A stretch of DNA of 64,000 bases, taken from NCBI RefSeq assembly GCF_009914755.1, contig NC_060925.1; one strand, given 5' to 3'. Origin of the DNA: the human T2T-CHM13v2.0 reference genome, Homo sapiens. Below the pieces are notes generated by a model. The model made no database searches. It had not been told where the DNA came from and saw only the letters and a program-made list of their open reading frames with translations. Below, one piece after another: positions 1 to 17,700 of this stretch; the stretch's first letter is position 1, and each line of letters opens with the position of its first letter. The position numbers were made by a program, and so were the translations under genes.

Positions 1-2865
<2,865 letters not shown>

Positions 2866-2928
2866 TATGATGTTAGCTGGTGATTTTGCTCATTAGTTGA
2901 TGCAGTTTCTTCCTAGTCTCGATGGTCT

Positions 2929-3945
2929 TTACATTTTGGCATGATTTTGCAGCGGCTGGTACCGGTTGTTCCTTTCCATGTTTAGCGCTTCCTTCAGGAG
3001 CTCTTTTAGGGCAGGCCTGGTGGTGACAAAATCTCTCAGCATTTGCTTGTCTATAAAGTATTTTATTTCTCCTTCACTTATGAAGCTTAGTTTGGCTGGA
3101 TATGAAATTCTGGGTTGAAAATTCTTTTCTTTAAGAATGTTGAATATTGGCCCCCACTCTCTTCTGGCTTGTAGGGTTTCTGCCGAGAGATCCGCTGTTA
3201 GTCTGATGGGCTTTCCTTTGAGGGTAACCCGACCTTTCTCTCTGGCTGCCCTTAACATTTTTTCCTTCATTTCAACTTTGGTGAATCTGACAATTATGTG
3301 TCTTGGAGTTGCTCTTCTCGAGGAGTATCTTTGTGGCGTTCTCTGTATTTCCTGAATCTGAACGTTGGCCTGCCTTGCTAGATTGGGGAAGTTCTCCTGG
3401 ATAATATCCTGCAGAGTGTTTTCCAACTTGGTTCCATTCTCCCCATCACTTTCAGGTACACCAATCAGACGTAGATTTGGTCTTTTCACATAGTCCCGTA
3501 TTTCTTGGAGGCTTTGCTCATTTCTTTTTATTCTTTTTTCTCTAAACTTCCCTTCTCGCTTCATTTCATTCATTTCATCTTCCATTGCTGATACCCTTTC
3601 TTCCAGTTGATCGCATCGGCTCCTGAGGCTTCTGCATTCTTCACGTAGTTCTCGAGCCTTGGTTTTGAGCTCCATCAGCTCCTTTAAGCACTTCTCTGTA
3701 TTGGTTATTCTAGTTATACATTCTTCTAAATTTTTTTCAAAGTTTTCAACTTCTTTGCCTTTGGTTTGAATGTCCTCCCGTAGCTCAGAGTAATTTGATC
3801 GTCTGAAGCCTTCTTCTCTCAGCTCGTCAAAATCATTCTCCATCCAGCTTTGTTCTGTTGCTGGTGAGGAACTGCGTTCCTTTGGAGGAGGAGAGGTGCT
3901 CTGCGTTTTAGAGTTTCCAGTTTTTCTGTTCTGTTTTTTCCCCAT
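2929..3945 (-). CDS. L1 ORF1p RNA-binding chaperone, full length 338 aa
   Basis: ORF track MGKKQNRKTG...QNHAKM; REKG, ARR and YPAKLS motifs intact; A17T and W150R relative to recalled consensus. Confidence 0.97.
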   Translation of the reverse strand: MGKKQNRKTGNSKTQSTSPPPKERSSSPATEQSWMENDFDELREEGFRRSNYSELREDIQTKGKEVENFEKNLEECITRITNTEKCLKELMELKTKARELREECRSLRSRCDQLEERVSAMEDEMNEMKREGKFREKRIKRNEQSLQEIRDYVKRPNLRLIGVPESDGENGTKLENTLQDIIQENFPNLARQANVQIQEIQRTPQRYSSRRATPRHIIVRFTKVEMKEKMLRAAREKGRVTLKGKPIRLTADLSAETLQARREWGPIFNILKEKNFQPRISYPAKLSFISEGEIKYFIDKQMLRDFVTTRPALKELLKEALNMERNNRYQPLQNHAKM

Positions 3946-4849
3946 CTTTGTGGTTTTATCTACTTTTGGTCTTTGATGATGGTGATGTACAGATGGGTTT
4001 TCGGTGTAGATGTCCTTTCTGGTTGTTAGTTTTCCTTCTAACAGACAGGACCCTCAGCTGCAGGTCTGTTGGAATACCCTGCCGTGTGAGGTGTCAGTGT
4101 GCCCCTGCTGGGGGGTGCCTCCCAGTTAGGCTGCTCGGGGGTCAGGGGTCAGGGACCCACTTGAGGAGGCAGTCTGCCCGTTCTCAGATCTCCAGCTGCG
4201 TGCTGGGAGAACCACTGCTCTCTTCAAAGCTGTCAGACAGGGACACTTAAGTCTGCAGAGGTTACTGCTGTCTTTTTGTTTGTCTGTGCCCTGCCCCCAG
4301 AGGTGGAGCCTACAGAGGCAGGCAGGCCTCCTTGAGCTGTGGTGGGCTCCACCCAGTTCGAGCTTCCCGGCTGCTTTGTTTACGTAAGCAAGCCTGGGCA
4401 ATGGCGGGCGCCCCTCCCCCAGCCTCGTTGCCGCCTTGCAGTTTGATCTCAGACTGCTGTGCTAGCAATCAGCGAGATTCCGTGGGCGTAGGACCCTCTG
4501 AGCCAGGTGTGGGATATCGTCTCGTGGTGCGCCATTTCTTAAGCCGGTCTGAAAAGCGCAATATTCGGGTGGGAGTGACCCAATTTTCCAGGTGCGTCCG
4601 TCACCCCTTTCTTTGACTCGGAAAGGGAACTCCCTGACCCCTTGCGCTTCCCAGGTGAGGCAATGCCTCGCCCTGCTTCCGCTCGCGCACGGTGCGCACA
4701 CACACTGGCCTGCGCCCACTGTCTGGCACTCCCTAGTGAGATGAACCCAGTACCTCAGATGGAAATGCAGAAATCACCCGTCTTCTGCGTCGCTCACGCT
4801 GGGAGCTGTAGACCGGAGCTGTTCCTATTCGGCCATCTTGGCTCCTCCC
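3946..4849 (-). promoter_or_regulatory. L1 5'UTR: CpG-rich internal sense promoter and antisense promoter, with YY1 site
   Basis: Only CpG-dense segment of the window; YY1 motif CAAGATGGCC (plus-strand ggccatcttg, 4831-4840) intact. Confidence 0.92.
4401..4616 (+). CDS. L1 ORF0, primate antisense ORF, 71 aa
   Basis: ATG at 4401 (gcaATGG); MAGAPPPASLPPCSLISDCCASNQRDSVGVGPSEPG...CVRHPFL*, inside track ORF 4332-4616. Confidence 0.9.
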   Translation: MAGAPPPASLPPCSLISDCCASNQRDSVGVGPSEPGVGYRLVVRHFLSRSEKRNIRVGVTQFSRCVRHPFL

Positions 4850-5629
4850 TAGAATACAATTTTCTAACATAAAAATTGTCATGTAGACCTATTTTGTTTT
4901 TTAAAAATTTGAATGAATGATACAGATATATTGAAAAATACTTCCATAATGTATGTATTTTAAATTTTGAAAACTTGTGCACATCATATTTACTTTTTAT
5001 TGGAAAAAAATTAGAAAAACCTTCCAAAGTAACATCTCAAGAAAGTTTTCCACAGGATTCGTTAAATGACCTTATTAAATTTCTAAAGTGTTTGTTTTTC
5101 TTCATTATCTTTGATACTTGGATTAAAACCAATTTTTAATTAATGCAGAAAAATACAAATCAGAACTGTGACAGGAACTTTCATAATGCTTAAGTGTTTC
5201 TTTACTGATTAGAGCAAATCCAAAGCAGTTATATTAATTTTTATAATTGTTCAGTTTTTTAATTAACCATTTAGAATATAAACCAAATTGATATTTTTAA
5301 AAAACCCAGACACCTAAGATCTTATATAATCAAACTCTAACTACTACTTGCTGGTGACATTTCTGGATCCACAAGCATCATTATTTGACTGCTCTGATTT
5401 ATGTAACTGGTCTAACTTCAGATTTTATCTCTGTAGGCCTCTGGGAATACTTTTAGAGATTCACAGTGAAAAATCAGAGTCAACTCATGAATTTCTACTT
5501 TATTGCATAAAAACAAGGGGACTATAAAATGTGTTCAAAGGGTATAGGATGGAAATATACAGAAATATAGATCACACATAACCTGAATCAGTTGATTCAT
5601 CTAAATTATAGTAATATCTAAACAATTGA

Positions 5630-5963
<334 letters not shown>

Positions 5964-6149
5964 TGAAGATCCATTTAAAAAGTTATCTCCTTCATTAGAG
6001 ATTTCCATTCTCCTCTTGCTCTTTTGTTGACCTGAGTTTCCTCTGGGCACTTTAATTTCTGCAGTTGTGAAAACAGCTGCATCTTAAACAGAGCCACCAG
6101 AGAACTACAGAGGAAGCTACATTTGATTTCTTTTCATGAGACACTTAAG

Positions 6150-6232
6150 AGGGAAAGCTGGGTGAAGAGTATATGAGGACTCTGAACTATATTTGCAAAT
6201 ATTCTGTAAATCTAAAACTATTCAAAAAGAAA
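6150..6232 (+). mobile_element. old L1M 3'-end fragment
   Basis: gggaaagctgggtgaagagtata...tctgtaaatctaaaactattcaaaa resembles L1MC/MD 3' termini. Confidence 0.55.
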
Positions 6233-8544
6233 ATTAGGAAACTTGGGTTTTATTACCTCTAAGTAGCCAAAGGCTCTAGGTGGCTGATTAAAGCATCGAA
6301 GCTTTAAAAATTACTATAGCAATTTTGAATTTGTTACGTTCCTTTCTGACAATAAATTATTACTTAATTCTTTTCTAGTGAGTCTGGATTCTTAGTCTTA
6401 CCCTGTCTACAGTCTTAAACATATGGCAATTCCATTTTCCATAAGACATCCAGAGGCATCTTACTAAATAGCAAAACTTTTTGGACTTCCTTTCAAATAT
6501 AAAAGATATAACAGACAAAGTTCTCTTCCTTCCTCCTTCTCTTCTCTCATCCTGCAGGCTCCCACAGAACATGGATGACTGCCATCACACTGTTTATGAT
6601 GAGTATTGCACTTGACTGGTCATTTGTCATCCTTATAATGTGGTAAATGTTATGGACATAGGGGCCACTTGTCACTGTTTTCCCATCATCTACTATAGCA
6701 TCCTACGTATAAGGAGAAAACAGTGAATGATGATGGTTGTTGAATGCAAAACTTATGATATCATAATTATTGGAATTTACTGAAGAATGTAGGGTTGTAT
6801 TACACAAAATCCTGTGCTTTTTAAACCAGTGAGTTTTCATGTTTTAGTTCTGTACACTGTTCTGTTTGATTGCCATTTGTCCCTTCTTGATCTTCTGTAC
6901 CTGACTGTGTATATGCCTGTTGTAGCTATATCTTCTTCTGATTTGATGATTTTCATATAATTTTTGCTTTCTTCTCAAAAGAATATGAGACTATTCTATT
7001 TGTGGCTAGAATTGTTTGATTCTAACTACATTAACTAATTCTATTAAAGAGCTGATTAATTAAATGCGGTTTAATTTTGTAATACTATTGGTTTGGTATA
7101 TCTTCCTTGAATTCTTATTTTCAATCCAATCACCCATTGTTTTTATATTATTTAATAATAGCTTCATAATAAAGCAATAATTACTTTTCTAGAGCAAACT
7201 GCTATCATATACTATAAGCATGAACTTATTAAAATAAGCTTAACCATGTCTATTTTAATGTTAAAAGCAAAACAAAACCAACAAAAACTTTAATAAGTAA
7301 CAAAGATAAGTAAAAAAGTTTCACCAGAAACCTCTAGTCTTGCTTATGGAAAGATTAATACATCGAATTATGTTCTATCAAATAATCAGAATATTTGTGT
7401 AATAAGAATTAGAATGATTTTTTTTCTAGAAATCATAATGGCCAATTTTTAAAAAGTGAAACCATGTGAGTGCTGAATATTTTTTTCCTAGCTTATAGAT
7501 GAGGAAACTGTACATGAGAAACTAAATATTTGTATTCAACTCCCAATTTTGGTCATTTTTAGTTATAATACCACCCCTTTTTGTTAACTCTGTTTTTAAG
7601 GTAATAATTATTTAATTCTCCCCTCCTCATAGCTTGTTTTTTTTTTTTTTTTAAATAGAAGAATCTCACACTGATGTGCTTTATCACACAATAGATTTAG
7701 CTGTGGTTTTCTCGTGAGGGTGTTGTGTTCTTGATGGTGCTGTGAGACTGACATTTATCTCCTCAGTTTCCTTGTTAAACATTCTCAGCAGAGTGCCTTG
7801 GACTGACAAACTGAAATACATTTTGATTAGGCAACATGAGCAGAAGGAGTGTGGGGAGAGGACTGTATAAATCTGTTTTACTCAACCTTGAAGAAATGTT
7901 AAGTGTTAATTCCCTGCGTCAAATAAAGTACACCAAGTATATATGCAGCGTTCCTGAGAGCTTCCTAATGAACTGAAAAAACAAACAATCTGAGGTGGGA
8001 AGAAGTATATTTCATCAACCCCCTGAGCAGCAATGATTTGCCTCAGCTTGTCATACATACTTGATTCTGATTAAAATAAGGCAAATGAACTGGTTTAATC
8101 TTTCTTGATAAAGAAATTGCATTTGTCATTACTAGAATTTCAAATTTCACATAATATGGAATCTGTATGTTGATTGTTATTATGGAGACCAGCAAGGCAC
8201 ATGAAACTATTGAGCTGAGGAACATATTTTAGTGACTATAACTGGTTTGAGAACTGATTGTTTTTAAGTGACCCAAATGACCGTGGTGATGAGATTGGAT
8301 ATGAGAAGCCTGGATAAAGAGGCATTCAAACTTGTAATTAAAATAAAACCTTCCTCAAATTGCTCCACTCCGTTTCAACATTTCTTGTAGTTTGATTAGT
8401 AAAACACTATGATGGTGTCTGATGTTTTAAGTAAGAAGTTTCTGCACTGTTGGGGAAAAACAAACAAAGGCAATGCAGTGATTTCTAGAGTAAAAGTCCT
8501 CTGCTACAAAAAAGAGATGAAGGGCAATAAGATAAAAAGTTAGG

Positions 8545-8898
8545 TGCAGGGATGAATAAGTAGAGCATAAAGGATTTTTAGGGCAATGCAACTATTCTTT
8601 GTGATACTTTAATGATGGCTACATGTCATTATACATTTCTCCAAACCTATGGAATGCAAAACACCAAGAGTGAACACTAAATGTAAACCATGGACTTTGA
8701 ATGATGATGTTTCAGTGTAGACTCATCAACTGTATAAAACAAAACAAAACAAAAAACCAAAAAACCATGTACCACTCTGGGGGGGGATGTCAATAATAGG
8801 GGAGGCTGTGGGTGTGTGGGACAGATGCTACATGGAAACTCTCTGTACCTTCCTCTCAATTTTCTTCCTAAAATTGCTCTAAAAATTAAGCCTATTTA
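8545..8898 (+). mobile_element. L1MC-type 3'UTR fragment
   Basis: acaccaagagtgaacactaaatgtaaaccatggactttg...ggaaactctctgtaccttcctctcaattt...aaattgctctaaaaa. Confidence 0.8.
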
Positions 8899-9189
8899 AG
8901 ATGAACTTATCACTTTTCAGTAGAGCTTCTACAAACAAACAAAAAAGTTGGAGATAGTTCCCAGGCCCCCTTAGTTTTGCTATTCATGCTGTGAATCTGA
9001 GTAGAAGGCCATTTGGAGGCTTGTTTACATACTCTAGGGTGGCAATTAACAAAATAGCTTCCCAGGTTGTGAAGCTAGTTGGCATCTACTGGGTATAGAA
9101 TAACTTTTGAGAAACGATCTATATATGATTTTGACCAAAACTCTATTTTGCCTACATGATAATAAATTGAGATGATTTTGTATTTAGTA

Positions 9190-9360
9190 AAATGCTTTAT
9201 GTTTCAGAGAGCAAGTTCAACATATAATCTCATATGATCACAAGAACTAGTGTATGAGTATCCTCACTTTATTGATGAGGTTCACAAAGTTTGTCACTTG
9301 CTAAATAACTAGAACATAAAACCTGACTTTCTGATTTTAAATCCAGAGGTATTCTACCAT
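9190..9360 (-). mobile_element. degenerate MIR
   Basis: MIR core-like cctcactttattgatgagg...cttgctaaa...ctgattttaaatccaga. Confidence 0.5.
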
Positions 9361-9569
9361 TTTGCTGCTTGAATTTTTACCTGATGTCATAAATGGGAGT
9401 CACCCTGATGGAGAGCATCTTGTAGCAGTCAGACAAAATATCTACTCCTATATTCTGTTATTGACTCTTGCAACTTGCAAGCAAGTGGCTTTTCCTCTTT
9501 ATGCTAATAGATGGACACATATCATGCATTTCAAACCCATGTCATACACTGTGATAAAAAACAAATTTT

Positions 9570-9941
<372 letters not shown>

Positions 9942-11525
9942 TTAATATATAGTGGGGCCTTCTATAATTCCATCCTCTAATTTCATGCTGGGATTGTTTT
10001 GTGTGTGAGATCAAGTAATTCCCTTCCCTTTGTGTGATTTGGTTATGAAATCATTGATTTCTGGTTATAGATTTTGGAATGTTGAGGATTGTGCTAAAGA
10101 AAGACATTTAATGGTTATATAATTTTTATCGGAAGAAGCCAACATGTTTTGTCAGTGGAATAATATTAACATTATCAATGATTATTTATTGAGCTATAAA
10201 TAGCTCATCCTTTTCAGGAGAAATGTGACATTTTATTTTTATGATATATAATATATTATGGTCCATTTTAATTACCTGCTTGTCCCACTCTGCGCTACTC
10301 CCAAGGTTTAATTCAATTTAGTTAATACCTCTATCTTTAGGAGGGATATTTTATATTATGAAGATATGTATTCTCCCTAAGTTAATAAAGTCTATAGTGT
10401 CAAGGCAATGTCAATAGCATTTCCAAATAGAATTGTTAAGAATAAAAAAAGTTTAACTGAAATATATATACAAAAGTGGCTGGAAAAGAGGAGTAATACA
10501 GGCAGAGAATGGTCTTATCAAATGTTGAATTGTACTTTAAAGCTATAGGATCTTTGGCACTGGTGCAGATAGTGACTCAGCAGAGCAGAGTAGTCCAGGA
10601 ACAGACCCATATGTCTATTTGTGTATGCGAGGTGACATTTCAATTCAATAGCTGAAGTTGGGATAACAATGGCTCATGTGGACAAATAAAGATGGATCAC
10701 AGTTCTTACAAGTGAGACTTCTGCTTTTCACTTATATTATCTCGTCCTACTTCACATTTTTACTATGTTCATATTTTATTTTTATAGTAAAAGTTGTTTA
10801 TTTTTTAAAAAGCTAATGACCTCATAATTTGTCTACCTTCTGTTGTGTTAATATCCACTAACTCTGTTGTTACATGAAAATGAGTAATTTGTCCTATGTA
10901 TTTTTCTCTATGTAAACCTTGACTATTTATTTTTAAGCACGGACTCTTATGTTGATTACAACATATTTTGCTTAAAAAAATACAAGACAGTCAGGTGCTT
11001 TTGACAGGTAGTTTTAATCCCCTAATTTCCTTATCTTGCTTCTTGTTGACAGCTCTTGATTCCACTTTAAATCTCTGATTTTATAAAAGTAGTTCTGTCT
11101 TGTGATGCAATACCCGTGACCTTCATTACTGGCAAAGAAGATTCTGCTTACCATTTGATCTGCAGATTTGTAGGTTCCTTATCTGAGCTGAGCTTCTTAC
11201 AGCTATGACTCAGTTGTCAACGTGGTACAACTTCCACTTCATTAAAATCTGGATGCCACTGGCAGCGCTTCAGAATCACTATGTCTTCATCAAATAATGA
11301 TTTGAAATGAACTTGCATAACTGAGATTGTTCTAGGATATCAAGATACCTGAATCCCAATGGAGAAAAAATTTTCTAGAAATAAAGTGTTACCTGCCTGT
11401 CTCTTTTGGTGATATAAAGAGGTGCTTTACTTATCTTACATACCTCTAATTTATCCTATAATGGATTTTATATAAAATAGGATAATTTTCTTTAGGGAGG
11501 GATGTATGCACATACATATATGTGA

Positions 11526-11930
<405 letters not shown>

Positions 11931-12948
11931 AATAGATATTTATTATAAAAATGGAATACAAAATAAACTACTAGCTTATAGTAGGATTCTGACCACAACT
12001 GAATTATTGTTATGCTGGGAATTTACATTGCTGTATTTAACTACTTAACTCTCACATTTACTATTTCCTCATCATTCTCTCTCGTTTCCTTCATCTAAGC
12101 TACCACCTCAGTGGGCTTTTTCAGTTGTAGGAAAGGAAACGGAATAAAAATGCCGCTGGGAAATTTTAACCTTTCTGTAAGACCTCTAGATGACATGAAC
12201 CTCTAGTGGAGAAAGGCAAATAAATGTTTCGGACTGAATTGAGGATAAATGTCTGCTGCTTCTAGTAGATGTAAGCTTCATATGGATTTATCCACCATAG
12301 AAAAGCAAATCTACCTTCAAAATCCTTGATAAATATAGATGTATTTTTAAGCTAAAAGTTTTGTGTTCATTGCTGAATAGCAAAAGAAAAATTCACATCT
12401 AAAACTGAACATCTGGTAAAACAATCTATTTCAAAATATTTAGGAATTATGCAGTTACACGTAGTAATGGATATTTATTCTGTACTTTATGTAATAACAA
12501 ACAGCACCTATGAAGTGAAATGTAAGATTGGACTTTCTAGCTTATTAGTTCTAAATATCAATGTGGCTTGCATTTCTATCCATAATTTTAACTGTATAAA
12601 TGTTATTTTATAAGAATATACTAAATTTTGTACCTGATATTTCTTTACAATTTCCTAGTTGAAAAGATTATCTTCACAAGATTCAAGATTCTTTAAGTGG
12701 ATAGTATTACAAAAAAGTGCAAATTGTGTAAGTATAATTTGTAACTTTGTCATCAGAACACTGTCTGACACAGATATGTGCTTCTTAATTTTGTTTTAAC
12801 AAGAAAAAACACTCAGACTGCATCCTCCCAGAGGAAGGGAAGAGCGATCATCAATGGCAAATGGCATTTTCAGTGAAGGAGCACCAAGAGCCAGCTTCAC
12901 GCTAGTGAGGGAACCCTGCACCTTCTTCTGGTTTCCAGTGCTCTACAT

Positions 12949-13273
12949 TAGCAATCCCCAACCTTTTTGGCACCAGGGACCAGTTTTGTGGAAGACAACT
13001 TTTCCAAGGACCAGGGTGGGGGTATGGTTTTGAGAAGAAACTGTTTCACCTCAGATCATCAGGCATTAGATTCTCATAAGGATCACGTAACCTAGATCCT
13101 TTGCATGTGCAGTTCACAATAGGGTTTAAGCTTCAATGTGAATCTAATGCCACTGCTGATCGAACAGTAAGTGAAACTCAGGCCGTAATGCTCGCTTGCC
13201 TGCCATTCACCTCCTGGTTCCTAACAGGCTATGGACAGGTACTGATCTGCTGCCCTGGGGTTGGGGACCCCTG
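12949..13273 (+). mobile_element. MER1B (hAT-Charlie non-autonomous DNA transposon)
   Basis: TIRs tagcaatccccaacc / ggttggggacccctg; 8-bp TSD ctctacat / ctctacac. Confidence 0.9.
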
Positions 13274-16167
13274 CTCTACACATTCAGAGAAACTTCTCTA
13301 GTAATGAACTGTGGAAATGATCCCTGAAAGTATTGTCTTATTAATTTTTGTTGAATAAATCAATATATCCTTATATCTGTGGTTGAACTGTCAGTGAATA
13401 ATTAAGTACTTGGCATTTTCACTGCTAAGTATTATATGCTGTTAGGATACAAAAAAGAATAACGTGTGGCCCTTGTTTCCAGTTCAGAGCAAAACCATAT
13501 AGATATGAAAAGATTTGACGAGAAATAGCTTTTTAAAAATATTAACCAGTATAAATAATAGATGAATTTTACATTTCTTCTATTTTCTTCACATTCATCA
13601 TTACATTAGTAGTCATTATTATTTATGTTCATGTAAATGAATTAGTTCATGTATCAGATGTAGTCTGATTTTAAAAGATTCTCATTGGGCCCTACTAGTT
13701 GTAATTCTAGACTGTATGCACAAGTGAAAAATAGTATGTACTATATACAAATAAGTGAAAATAATACTTTCCTGGAAATTCTGAAGTTAGACTTCATAGC
13801 TGAAGATGCTTGGGGTAAGGCTTAGGCCAGCTCATTCTTAGATGAAGAATATTCAACTTGTAGGGCAAAGAGAAATATTTCAAACCTTGGTAGCCTAGAA
13901 GTAAAGCAGGCTTAAGAACTTGATTTTTCTATCTTTTTAACTTAAATTTCAAACCTGAATTTGATCACTTTGATGTGAGCAGAGATCAAGTATTTATATA
14001 GCAAGCAAAAGAAATCAAGAGTAATTTGCCCATGTGTTGAGGACCCCACCTGTGCCAAGTGTTCCTTGGATTAAGGATGGAGGGGAAGAGGTTGTTGTTC
14101 AGGCAGCTGCACCCACAATTCAGGACTAATGCACCTTGCTGGGTAAATATCTGAAGAGAGCCAATTATTAGAAATGAACTGTGACTATTAATTACCCAGG
14201 GAGGTTAATTACTCATGGTGACCCATATAAAGTTTTAAAGCCTATTCAACTACAGCAGCACTTTTTCTCCTTAAAGACAGTGTTGCATGGTGGACAGGGT
14301 GGATGGAGAGGAGCCCCAAGTTTTCCTTTGAATTGCGCTCCTCAATCATTTTTTTCTAACCCAAAACTTGAGCATCTGACACATGGCCATCAGTGAAAAT
14401 GAATCTCAGTGGCAGTAGTTTCTAGTAGGAAAGAAATTATACTCTCTCGGATAAGTGAATCAGATTCTGAGGGAGGTATATGTAGTTTGAAAAAGTTCCT
14501 TCCTGCCGGGGGGGATTCTGATGCACCATGCCTCCCTCTAATTTAGTAGGAATCCTGCCTTAATTTTGTCCACAGTAACAACAACAACAAAAAAAATTCG
14601 AACATAAGGAAGGTGGAGAACATAAATAAAATAAAATCCCTATTATCATATTCTGAGTTATCCTGGATACTAAAACTGAGATGAATGTACACATATAAAA
14701 AAATAACGGGATGGAAGAAAAACATAACTAAAATGGAAAAGGATATAATAGCCTGACCATATATGGTCTAACAAATACCAGACTGTGGGAGGTATGTTGA
14801 CATTTGTCAGTAATCAGTGTATAGATTACTGCACGAGTCAGTGTGATTTCTGTCATGTGTGACAGGTTAATCAAGAAAACTCTGTGAGAAATTGGATGAT
14901 TCTGTGAAGTATATATAAAGATTTTTTATTTATTCGGTGGCACCATTGATTTTTTTAAGATATTCTCAAAATTTTTTGGTTAAATCATATTTGTCTGTTT
15001 TGATCATTAAAATATTTTATAAGGATATTTTCCCCTTTTAAAGTTAGGAAAGTGACAGTAAAAATCATACAAGTATATTTGACAGTAATTCAATAGTTTG
15101 TATAACTTCTCATTCTGCAATAAAGTGGTAATATGCAGATCTTGTAGAACTGCCCCAGGGAAAAGTTTATAATACTAGGAGATTTCTGTGCTCATTTGGA
15201 TTTATCCTGAGGAATAAAATTGAATCATTGTGAAATATCAGACAATTCACTGAATGATTTCATCTTACTATAAGATTCCTCACCAGAGCATTTCATCCAA
15301 TTCTTGGCTGATGTTATTATTTGAGTGACATTGAGAAAGGAAATGAAACAAATTCCTTTTTGTATATTTATGGACTAGACAAGACAGGTCTCTGAGAAAA
15401 ATAAGAAATTTTGAAAACTACAGCTATGTATACATTAAAATGCCAACATTCTGGAAATAACACACCTCACATTGGAGACTTTGTTAAAAGTCTACATCAT
15501 TTAAATCTCTAAATATTTATGGTAACTTATTAGTAATTACCACATAGTAGGCTTTCATTTTTATAGTTTTTATTGTGCTTTTTAATCATTCAATTCCAAG
15601 CACATTCTGGTTATGGGCACTATTGGATTCTTACAGTACAAAGATGATTGATATTTATTAAATATCTCAGAGGTACCATAAAAAGTTCTCTGTGTCATCA
15701 AAGAAACATAAAACTGTGTTTAAAATAATTTTGTAAAATATGCTTTATTATTTCTATTTTGAAAATTACAATTTTTATAAGTTAACCGGAATTCTCTACT
15801 ACTTGACTATATCATATAATGCAATATGCTATGCTGATTTGAATTACTGTATGTGTTCTTATTACTTTTTAGTCCAAAATGACTTTGATCTAGCAGATTG
15901 CTAACAGAACAAAATGTGAGGTATTCACTTTGAAATAAGAGAATGGAGGTTAGTAAGACTAGTGTAGATCTTATAATGAATTGAATAAATTTTCATAAAA
16001 ACTCAATAAATGCTATAGTGCATGATTCTAGAAGAGTTTTATATATATAACTAAAAGGAATATGTTTATCATATTGTATGGTGATTTTTTTCCTTTTGAA
16101 TATATAAAACGTCCTTTACTAATTTCAGAAACAAGGCATAAATGTAATCATATATTTGTGCCATTGA

Positions 16168-16512
<345 letters not shown>

Positions 16513-16754
16513 TTAAAACACATTCCTTAAGGGAACCGTTAATATATCCTTCACACCACATACTAAAATCTGGTTAGCAATAATTGGGTGTGGTTTGTTT
16601 GGCAATAACTGGAGGATTAAAAAAATGCTTCATGAAAGTATCTGAAGAACTAGCATTAAATGGATGACTTCACAATGTGGAATGAAAACTATCGACATTT
16701 TCTACAAAATTAAACCTAGTTATATACCAGTACATATAAATCACAGCTTTTCTC

Positions 16755-17125
16755 TCAATTTAGGCTAAACTATGCTTTGGAAACTGGCAACCCTGAAATC
16801 TTAGTCGATCAGCATACCAAACTTTATTTCTTGTCTTACTGTGTAACATGGGCTAGCTTTTCCTTTGCTCTATTTCATCTTCTCTCGAGCACCCAGCCTG
16901 GCTCAGTAGTTCTCTCTGGGATATTGCTGGTCTCAAGGCAGAGGAGAAAAAAATGGCAAACCATGACCTTTAAACTTTAAGGTTCAGCTCAGAAGAAACA
17001 CACATCTTTTCTGTGTATTTCATATTTGTGTCTGAGTTAAATAGCTTGGGGATGAATAATCCTCCCACAGTTGAGAGTCATTGGTGGGGAAAAGCAACAA
17101 ATATTTTAAACAATAATACAAGCTA
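16755..17125 (-). mobile_element. old MaLR LTR (MLT1J/K/L-like)
   Basis: caaccctgaaatcttag...tttatttcttg...taatcctcccacag...aatattttaaacaataataca. Confidence 0.6.
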
Positions 17126-17469
17126 ATATATATATTTCTCATTAATCTTCATTAAGGAGTTGATAAGCAATTATTACTCCAGGTATGGTTAAATATGATT
17201 TAATTCATATTAATATGTAATTTCATTTTTTGAGTCTTATGCTTTTACTGCCTAACTGGTACACAGCTGATTAAACAATTTTTTTTCTTATTGCGGAAAA
17301 CTCTAGAACCGTATATATACATAGCTACCCCAAGTGTATTTTGTTCAAGAAATGTTTAATATCACTCATATATTTATGAATATTACAGAATTCCTATCCC
17401 CCAGAAGCTCAGAGTTTAGTTGATGAAATAGATAATTATGCTGAATATTATGATCATAATAAAATGGAA

Positions 17470-17700
17470 ACGTGATTTATTTATTGAATATTATTTTTAA
17501 AATATTATAAAATGTGCTTTATGTAGATTTTCTCATTTAATACAACAATACTACCTGATAGATATCAATATTTTTGTTCCTGTTTACAAATGAAGAAACA
17601 GTCTTAGGGTTATTAAGTAACATGCCCAAGTTCATGTAGCTATGTGCAACTCGAACTACGTTATCTGCTCTAAAGCCTAAACTCTCTTCAGAGACACTGT
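17470..17700 (-). mobile_element. MIR
   Basis: tctcatttaat...tttacaaatgaagaaaca...ttaagtaacatgcccaagttca core. Confidence 0.8.

Noticed and set aside
14390-14530. Possible MER5-like DNA transposon fragment
   Set aside because: Similarity too weak to call without a search
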